The notes under the pieces are model-generated. The model had not been told where the DNA came from and searched no databases. It saw nothing but the letters and a program-made list of their open reading frames with translations. Below, piece after piece: positions 50,601-64,000 of a DNA stretch of 64,000 nt. This stretch comes from Macrostomum lignano (lineage: Eukaryota), in NCBI GenBank assembly GCA_002269645.1, contig NIVC01002352.1, forward strand, positions 62,001-126,000. Direction: 5' to 3'. The translations under genes were made by a program, and so were the position numbers. Every line of letters starts with the position of its first letter. Within the stretch, counting starts at the first letter, position 1.

Positions 50601-52561
50601 CAAGATGCTCTTCAGCCCACTCAGAGAACTCAGCAATCATTTTTTTATTTCTACTAGGAGCGAAGATAAACTCATCTTCTAGGCCTGTATCCCATCATTT
50701 TCTTGTCAACTTAGACGCTAGCAGAAGCAGAAGATAAGACGTTGCTTTAAAAACATCCAGCAATGCCGGAAGAAACCACCATATCATTAGCTGGGTGAGT
50801 GCAGATGCGTGTGATGCATTGGCTCTTCAAGAGTAAGTTCCCAAAAAGTAAACATATACTCAATGTCTACATTTATCTCTACCCGTAAATGTTGCTCTTC
50901 AAGCTTACCCACTAGGATAAAGAATGTTAGGATAGAATGAGGTCACAAAGACGTCAGACAATGGAGGAAAATGACGCCACGAAACAGGACGACGTCAGAA
51001 CATGGCGTCAAAAACATACGAGCGATGAAGTCAGAATAGAAGGACGTTGGAAAAGAATGACGTCAGAACAGAATGACGTCAGAACAGAATGACGTCAGAA
51101 CAGAATGACGTCAGAACAGAATGACGTCAGAACAGAATGACGTCAGAACAGAATGACGTCAGAACAGAATGACGTCAGAACAGAATGACGTCAGAACAGA
51201 ATGACGTCAGAACAGAATGACGTCAGAACAGAATGACGTCAGAACAGAATGACGTCAGAACAGAATGACGTCAGAACAGAATGACGTCAGAACAGAATGA
51301 CGTCAGAACAGAATGACGTCAGAACAGAATGACGTCAGAACAGAATGACGTCAGAACAGAATGACGTCAGAACAGAATGACGTCAGAACAGAATGACGTC
51401 AGAACAGAATGACGTCAGAACAGAATGACGTCAGAACAGAATGACGTCAGAACAGAATGACGTCAGAACAGAATGACGTCAGAACAGAATGACGTCAGAA
51501 CAGAATGACGTCAGAACAGAATGACGTCAGAACAGAATGACGTCAGAACAGAATGACGTCAGAACAGAATGACGTCAGAACAGAATGACGTCAGAACAGA
51601 ATGACGTCAGAACAGAATGACGTCAGACCAGAATGACGTTTGTTCACGAGCTGCATCTTCTGACAAACTAGCTCAATCCGACTCTCCGAACCCAGAGAGT
51701 TCATCGCTGGCAACGACAACGTGCTGTTCGTGAATCATTCGACGGATTACCCGACCAACGCCGCGGATCCTCGGCTTGGCCGAGCCGCCTTGCTGCTCGC
51801 TATCGACCGCAAGTACAACTCGGACGCTGCCGAACCATATTGGCCGACCGTTGGAGGTGATTTCTACTTTCGCCGACAAGAAGAACAACTGCAGCAGCAG
51901 CAGCGACAACCTACGCCATCCGGCGATCTCGTCCGATCGCAGTCGGAGCCCTGGATTCGACGACAGCTCGGGCGTCCAAGTCACGTGACCAGCAGCGAAT
52001 GGGTTCGACTGGCCGGCGGCAGGCAGCAGTCCTGCTTGGCGGCTCAGCCCGAGACTGCGGGCCCGCAGCGGGTGGTCGGGGCTTGCATCCGACAGGAGCA
52101 CTGCTTGATGGACCGGCTGGCCAGAAGCGGCCTGCACCGGTCGGGAATCTCAATCACTCGACACCTGGAGCGGTACGCTCTGATGCAGAACGTCAGCCGG
52201 AGCCTGCGCTCGTCAGGTTGGTTTGAGACGGTACTTTTGTGGTAGTGTGAACAGGGTACTCAGAAACAGCAAAACCACATTGAATATCTAATTAGTGATT
52301 AATACCTGGATAATTGGATAATACCTGGATGATTGGATCTCTAATTAGTGATCAATACCTGGATAATTAAATAGTACCTGGATTATTGGACCCAATGATA
52401 AGACAAGGATATGACCTTGTCTAAGATAAGTCCTTGTGATAAGACTCGTGCAGCTTTTCCACCGATATCACTTCGCTCCAATTGCAGTTCCTGCGGCGCT
52501 TGTGGCTGCGGAGACTCCCGTCATGACTGCCGCCTCGCTGCAGGAGTTGCCCACCTATTGA
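47630..52561 (+). CDS. Uncharacterised low-complexity protein; proposed exons 47630..47674 (tentative), 47747..48549 (with either a 47804..47881 intron or two compensating indels), 48908..49487, 49578..49651, 50163..50354, 51672..52216, 52488..52561 (tentative)
   Basis: GC-rich open frames are joined by GT/AG with matching phases (0,2,0,2,2,1). A perfect branch point TACTAAC lies at 47714-47720. No recognisable domain. Confidence 0.55.
48559..48888. repeat. 14-bp perfect minisatellite CCCAGATCCTAGAT
   Basis: Starts about 10-18 nt after the donor at 48550 and fills the intron. Confidence 0.97.
49720..50095. repeat. Degenerate CAGTCTCACCC(T/C)A repeat
   Basis: Direct inspection. Confidence 0.8.
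50360..50500. repeat. 33-bp minisatellite, about 4 copies
   Basis: Unit CTGACACTGGGACTGCCGCAGTGACATTAGCAT, starting right after the donor at 50355. Confidence 0.92.
51055..51638. repeat. 16-bp perfect minisatellite GAATGACGTCAGAACA, about 36 copies, each with a TGACGTCA palindrome
   Basis: Direct inspection. Confidence 0.97.
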
Positions 52562-52734
52562 GGATGTCATTGCTGAGACATGAGACTTATTAGATAAATC
52601 ACGATAGGTACCGTCTCCTTGTCACGTAACTTGCACTTGTAAAATCGACAAAAAATACAAAGGCTGATTGTGTTAAACTGTACATCTTGATTTTGCTTTA
52701 CCAACTCAAATTCAATTGTTCAGTTTCGATTTCC

Positions 52735-53085
52735 CTAATCCCAGACTTAATTCCCCTGATCACAGACTTAATTCCCTGATCCCAGACCTAATTCCCCTAA
52801 TCCCAGACTTAATTCCCCTGATCCCAGACCTAATTCCCCTAATCCCAGACTTAATTCCCCTGATCACAGACTTAATTCCCTGATCCCAGACTTAATTCCC
52901 CTGATCCCAGACTTAATTCCCCTGATCCCAGACCTTATTCCCCTAATCCCAGACTTAATTCCCCTGATCCCAGACTTAATTCCCCGATCGCAGACTTAAT
53001 TCCCTTGATCACAGACTTAATTCCCCTGATCCCAGGCCTAATTCCCCTGATCCCAGACCTAATTCCCCTGATCCCAGACTTACTC
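52735..53085. repeat. ~21-bp minisatellite CAGACTTAATTCCCCTGATCC
   Basis: Direct inspection. Confidence 0.93.
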
Positions 53086-53457
53086 ATCTGATCCTGTTCC
53101 CAAGCCATTGATCTCTGAGCATTATATATAATCCACTCCTTTTATAAGATTATTCTAATTCCAGACAGTTTCAATTCCGTGCAATCTCTGTTTAGGAAGT
53201 TGAGCGCATAATTTCATCAAAGGGCGTTGATTACTCGCGAACATGCGGCTGTGCAGTCAAGCGCAAGTACATTGTCGGACAAAACAGCGCGGACCAGCTT
53301 TAGTTTTATCCCTTATTGCCTCACGCCACTGCGGTTGCTTTACAGAAGGTCTCTAAAAACAGAACTGACTGGATCTACCATCCTATATACTCAAATAAAC
53401 CGATATGTAGGAAGGCCATTCCGCTGACCCCTGAGCGCGCCAAAGACACTGCGCTCA

Positions 53458-54042
53458 CAGACACGCTCACACAGACACATTGTCCCTCACACAGACACAT
53501 TGTCCCTCACACAGACACATTGTCCCTCACACAGACACATTGTCCCTCACACAGACACATTGTCCCTCACACAGACACATTGTCCCTCACACAGACACAT
53601 TGTCCCTCACACAGACACATTGTCCCTCACACAGACACATTGTCCCTCACACAGACACATTGTCCCTCACACAGACACATTGTCCCTCACACAGACACAC
53701 TATCCCTCACACAGACACATTGTCCCTCACACAGACACATTGTCCCTCACACAGACACATTGTCCCTCACACAGACACATTGTCCCTCACACAGACACAT
53801 TGTCCCTCACACAGACACATTGTCCCTCACACAGACACATTTTCCCTCACACAGACACACTGTCCCTCACACAGACACATTGTCCCTCACACAGACACAT
53901 TGTCCCTCACACAGACACATTGTCCCTCACACAGACACATTGTCCCTCACACAGACACACTGTCCCTCACACAGACACATTGTCCCTCACACAGACACAT
54001 TGTCCCTCACACAGACACATTGTCCCTCACACAGACACATTG
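53458..54042. repeat. 20-bp minisatellite CACACAGACACATTGTCCCT
   Basis: Direct inspection, about 29 copies. Confidence 0.97.
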
Positions 54043-54349
54043 TCCGGTCCAGAACTGTCAAACTAGAAGAAGAAGCGATCAAGAACGCCCGAATGAGTGA
54101 AAAAAGCCAAGTCCAACGCAGACAGGAAGCCATAAAAAACTGAATAGGAAAGTCTTTTATAGATGACGGTCTCCAGCAGGTATTTCTGCTGTAATATTTT
54201 TGCAACGATCAATTGATTTCACGTCCTGGGTAACAGCTTCGGTGAAACTGGCACAAGTGAACGCATTAAGCGAGTCAATTCCCGTTGGATCTTATTGGCT
54301 GTCCTGTCAAAGTTGGTCCATTGAGCTGCTGAGTTGGCTTGCCGGGTGC

Positions 54350-55390
54350 TCAGCCGTGGCAGGAGACTGGGTGGAACACGCACCAGTTCTTCGGCAGCTT
54401 CTGGCCGGAGCGCCTCCTTGCTGGGGCCGCTGGCAGCACGCGATCCTCGGCGTTCTCAACCGCTATGCTCGCGTCAGGAGGCGGTTCAATCAATTCGTCC
54501 AGATCGTCTGGCAGGAAGGCTGGCTGAAGATGATGGGTGACGGCAGGGGGGACTCCATTAGTTCCAGCTCAAACTCCAAGTCTAATGGATCCCTAAAAAC
54601 GAAGCATTCCGCTTGCTTTTTTGCAATTAAAAAAGTCCTAGGAATCCCTCAGCTGGAGAAAGGTGAGTGAGTGATTTATGAAGGCTGGCCTAGTAGCTGA
54701 TAATGGAGGATCAGGGAGTTTTTGGGAGCAAAGTTTGTCATTCTCTTAGCGATGCCAGAGCACCTTGCGTGTTTACCTGGTCATACGCTATTCGGGCAAT
54801 GAGAGCAGCTTTTTACTCTCTGTGGAGCTGAGTAGTGTCCGATGGGGAATGGAAAACTGCATTTGCTGAAAAAATTAAATACATTTATTGCCCCCGAACT
54901 GTTTGCTCATCAAAATAGAGTAGGATTTGCAGTCTAGCAAAAATAGCTTTGACATTGCTATTGCCAATCTCACAAAAGCATTCGGATGAGAGAGAGGATC
55001 GGGCAGGTTTGCAGGAACTGATTTAACTTTTTCATTTTCCAATCAAATTTTATTTCTTTCGGGACAATTCCTTTGTCGCCGAGAATTTTGCAGACTTTCT
55101 GTCGGTTGCTGCCATCAAATGCAGGCCAACTGCTGCAGCTGCAATGCATTATTAATATTAACTAGCCGCTCAATCAAGATGAAGGTTGGGGGAGGCTGGT
55201 ACCGCCAGACAACATGAGAATTCGCTTTCCGAGTGCAGCCAGACCTCCTCCTCCTCACCTCCTCCTCCATCAGCAATGCGGGGTCGAAGTCGCGCGCGGC
55301 AAAGCTGGCGGCAGCGGCGGGATGGCAGAGCCGCAGGGCGCCCAGCAAGCAGGCGAGCAGCTGCAGCAGCGACCGCTGTGTCACCAGCAT
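54350..55390 (-). CDS. Allatostatin-C/somatostatin-type neuropeptide precursor, about 143 aa; exons 55390..55203 and 54592..54350, with one -1 shift in the G6 run at 54546-54551
   Basis: Signal peptide MLVTQRSLLQLLACLLGALRLCHPAAAA, then an acidic spacer, an RRR cleavage site and C-terminal SGQKLPKNWCVFHPVSCHG*. The C-x6-C ring matches AstC CYFNPISCF. The acceptor TTCGTTTTTAG|G is strong, the donor CG|GTACCA is weaker, and both are phase 2. Confidence 0.75.
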
Positions 55391-55537
55391 TCTGGGCTTC
55401 GAGTGCTGAGTGGCTGAAGCTGGAGTTGAGGATTTCGAAAGATGACTGCAGTGAATTTTCGCTGCCTCCTGAGGACATGCAAGCACACACAGCTCACACG
55501 GGGTGTACAGCCGCACAGACTTTCTAAATCGTCAGAC

Positions 55538-55635
55538 AATAATAATAATTGATTATTACATCTAATTGGTCGGGAATCGAACCCCTGACATTTCAGCCGT
55601 GAGTCCGACGCTCCAACCACTAGGCTACAATCCCC
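55538..55635 (-). mobile_element. Second, internally deleted copy of the tRNA-derived SINE (head plus ATT tail)
   Basis: The reverse complement GGGGATTGTAGCCTAGTGGTTGGAGCGTCGGACTCAC...GGGGTTCGATTCCCG nearly matches 35137-35200. It is followed directly by ...TGTAATAATCAATTATTATTATTG, which matches the copy-1 tail at 35426-35446. Confidence 0.8.
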
Positions 55636-55992
55636 TACAACTACTACGAGACAGTTTAAATATTGTTTTTTCCCCAAAAATTAGGTCGCTAGGTATAACC
55701 AGCTGAATATCGAAGTTCCTTCTTCAATCCCTTTTTTGCCAAGCACAAGCAGCAATTCACTCACATTGCTGGGGTCCTTTTTCACTTAATCTGTCGTCTC
55801 AACGCTGCGCTCTGGAGTGTATGATTCAGTGTGCCGAGCTTATCAAACTGCAGTGGCGGAGGGCCCACCCACTGAGGCCACGGCGACATTCATATAGAGC
55901 CGTCTGCCACCTGCCTCCGCCCCTCACAGCTTTTCTTGTCTTTCTCTTCATCTGATTGGACATTGGGCGGTGGAGTGCATCCTGGCAGCAGG

Positions 55993-56109
55993 TCACTCAC
56001 TCACTCACTCACTCACTCACTCACTCACTCACTCACTCACTCACTCACTCACTCACTCAATCACTCACTCAATCACTCACTCACTCACTCACTCACTCAC
56101 TCACTCACT
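55993..56109. repeat. (CACT)n microsatellite
   Basis: Direct inspection. Confidence 0.96.
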
Positions 56110-56368
56110 GCCCACGTGGCCACCTGCGGCAGTGGAGAAAGGTTGAGGAAGGTTGCTGACGAAGTTAATTGGGTCAGCTTCCACCTCACGCGAGGATGCC
56201 ATTTTGATCGCGAGCTCGTCAACTGTTGAGATGACAGTGGCTGAGGACATGGCGTGAGGCCTGCGCGTGGGGAAATTGTCGTGCCTGGCACTTAAAAAAA
56301 AACTTATTACTCGTAATTGCATGCAGTGCGCGATAATAAACGCCCGATCTACTAGAGGCACTTGCAGC

Positions 56369-56980
<612 letters not shown>

Positions 56981-57467
56981 AATAGAACAGTTTACAGCAA
57001 ATATAGAATTCCCGGCTCCAGAAATAGCAGACGAGTGGCAGGGAAAGTGCCGGATCTGATGGCGCAGAGTCCAGTGCAGCAAATTGTGACCCGATGTGCA
57101 CCAGCCAGACAGCCTGATTGCGCGGTGCGGCATAAACTGGGGTTACGATGAGGCAGAGCATTTCAATCAGCTAATTTTTATTTGAGCAGCCCGTCCTGCT
57201 GTCAGTGAGCTGGCCGGGTTTTCTGTCAATAAATGCGACAGTTTTTTAACAGCGCAAGCTGATGGCAGAGCAGATGCGGCTGCCCAGATCCAAACTAATT
57301 TGCTCAGCTTTGCGATTGAGCAGGCATTTTAATTAGCGTTTGCTCAGCACTTTGTCTCAGATTTATTGAAAGCTGGAATGCACTGATGATGCTAAAATAA
57401 CCTCCGCAGCACTTTACCGCTGCAATTACAGAAAGTTGATGATGGCGAAAGTTCTTTGAAGACCATC

Positions 57468-58197
57468 CGAGACTGGTTCACACGTTTTTGTCCGAGACTG
57501 ATTCACACATTTTTCGTTTAAGACTGATTCACACTTTTTTGTCCGAGACTGATTCACGCGTTTTTGTCCGAGACTGATTCACACATTTTTCGTCCAAGAC
57601 TGATTCAGACCTTTTTAGTCCGATACTGATTGACATCTTTTTTGTCCGAGACTGGTTCACACGTTTTTGTCCGAGACTGATTCACACCTTTTTTTGTCCG
57701 ATACTGATTCACACGTTTTCGTCCGAGACTGATTTACACCTTTTTTGTCCGAGACTGATTCACACTTTTTTACGAGACTGATTCACACCTTTTTTGTCCG
57801 AGACTGATTCACACCTTTTTTGTCCGAGACTGATTCACACCTTTTTTGTCCGAGACTGATTCATGCGTTTTTGTCCGAGACTGATTCACACTTTTTGTCC
57901 GAGGCTGATTCATGCGTTTTTGTCCGAGACTGATTCAGACCTTTTTGTCCGAGACTGATTCACACTTTTTTGTCTAAGACTGATTCACACGTTTTTGTCC
58001 GAGACTGATTCACACCTTTTTGTCCAAGACTGATTCACACCTTTTTGTCCGAGACTGATTCACACCTTTTTGTCCGAGACTGATTCACACCTTTTTTGTC
58101 CGAGACTGATTCACACATTTTTCGTCCAAGACTGATTCAGACCTTTTTAGTCCGATACTGATTGACATCTTTTTTGTCCGAGACTGGTTCATACGTT
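57468..58197. repeat. ~26-bp minisatellite GTCCGAGACTGATTCACAC(C)TTTTT(T)
   Basis: Direct inspection, with a variable T-run. Confidence 0.94.
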
Positions 58198-58555
58198 TTT
58201 ATTTGAAGTTGAATTACAAGTTTTAATTCCTAGATGCACATTATAGCTTTGAATTGAAAGCAACAACCTGGCCTTCATTCGCTCCTGGATGGTAATTCAC
58301 AGGTGCATTTAAAAAAAATGGCTGAAGTCTGGTTTTAAAAAGAAGTTCAGTTTTGCCTGCCTGCTCTGCTTTTGCGCAGATCATCTAGCAGGCCCAGTTG
58401 CCTGTTAATTGTAATAAATTTGATGGAGCTGTCGGGCACCCTGGCGCTAAGCCTTCGGGCGACATCGTCTCAGAACCAGCCCTGAGGTGATTCTGTCCAC
58501 TCCACTGACGCCTGAGCACAGATAAGCGTACTCAGGCACACGCTCACGTATCTAA

Positions 58556-58626
58556 TCGTCTAATTCTAATTCTAATTCTAATTCTAATTCTAATTCTAAT
58601 TCTAATTCTAATTCTAATTCTAATTC
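58556..58626. repeat. (TCTAAT)n microsatellite following the dispersed-repeat copy at 58426-58550
   Basis: Direct inspection. Confidence 0.93.
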
Positions 58627-59370
58627 GTCAGGCCTTGGTGGGGAGAGTTGGTCCGCATTAATGTGGATCGCACGACAAATTCCAAAGCTGCACAAGAAAT
58701 GAAACAGCAAAACGGCATATCGTGCATTTTTAAAGCCCTATTTTTAGTTTAGCTTAGTAGTCCCTTGAGCCACTAGGGATGCCTCCTTTTAGGGCCATAA
58801 ACTTGACTATTTATAGCCGCAAAAGATTTATAGTCTTTTTTGCCGGTAACGGCCCCCCTTCCTGAAGAATGGTACAAGTTTTTATATTCTTTAAACAAAT
58901 TTCGCCAGTTACAAAAGAAAAACACTGAAAAGATACCCATTTTCAAATTTACGAAAAGCTAATTCCTACAGAAAGGCAAGCTCTGTATGTTTCATTTATA
59001 CCCATCTAAAAAATTCGAAAACGAAAAACAAAATTAATTAGATTTCTGTTCATTACAAGAATGAAACTACTGTTCAAGTTCTCATCATACTACTGAAACA
59101 AGTATGTCAGTAGTAGCCTGCAATAAATACTAGCAATAAATGTAGAAAATGTCTAAACAGCCATTTTGATAAGAATATTTCTGATTCTGGGACAGGGGAT
59201 TCGGGGGGTCAATAAGGCGTCCAGGGGTCGATGAGTGCAGAAGGAGGAGTAGGGAATTCGGGGGGATTAAGGGCAAACCAGCTGGATATGAAGTGGGGCA
59301 TTAGTACCCAGCTTTGAAACCCGGCTGCGGCAGGCAGTCCGAAACACAGGAGACCAGCAGGGAAGGAAGC

Positions 59371-64000
<4,630 letters not shown>

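Noticed and set aside
55562-55635. Possible functional tRNA gene
   Set aside because: A and B boxes are present but the acceptor and T stems pair poorly. It is followed by an ATT tail shared with the SINE at 35137.
57468-58197. AP-1-like TGATTCA in each unit
   Set aside because: It is a non-consensus variant, and short motifs are expected by chance among this many arrays.

Overview
Eukaryotic, intron-rich genomic DNA with GC-rich exons embedded in about 50 unrelated micro- and minisatellite arrays. This style resembles the flatworm Macrostomum lignano (inference, not verified). Most long ORFs in the supplied track are translations of tandem repeats. By manual splicing (GT/AG with matching phases) I reconstruct 12 protein-coding loci: a multi-Tudor protein (5'-partial), a secreted Gly/Tyr-rich protein, a heparan sulfate 3-O-sulfotransferase with several frameshifts, a G-protein gamma subunit, a 7-exon NETO-type CUB-CUB-LDLa-TM protein, an adenylate kinase plus a tandem paralog that has lost catalytic residues, a PDZ protein, an uncharacterised multi-exon gene, an allatostatin-C/somatostatin-type neuropeptide precursor missed by the ORF track, and a calpain-like gene lacking its catalytic triad (5'-partial). 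It also contains two copies of a tRNA-headed SINE with a MIR/CORE-like middle, another dispersed repeat, and arrays bounded by inverted repeats. There is no CRISPR array and no rRNA. Repeat boundaries and copy numbers were read by eye and are approximate. Single-base frameshifts in short runs suggest long-read assembly errors.
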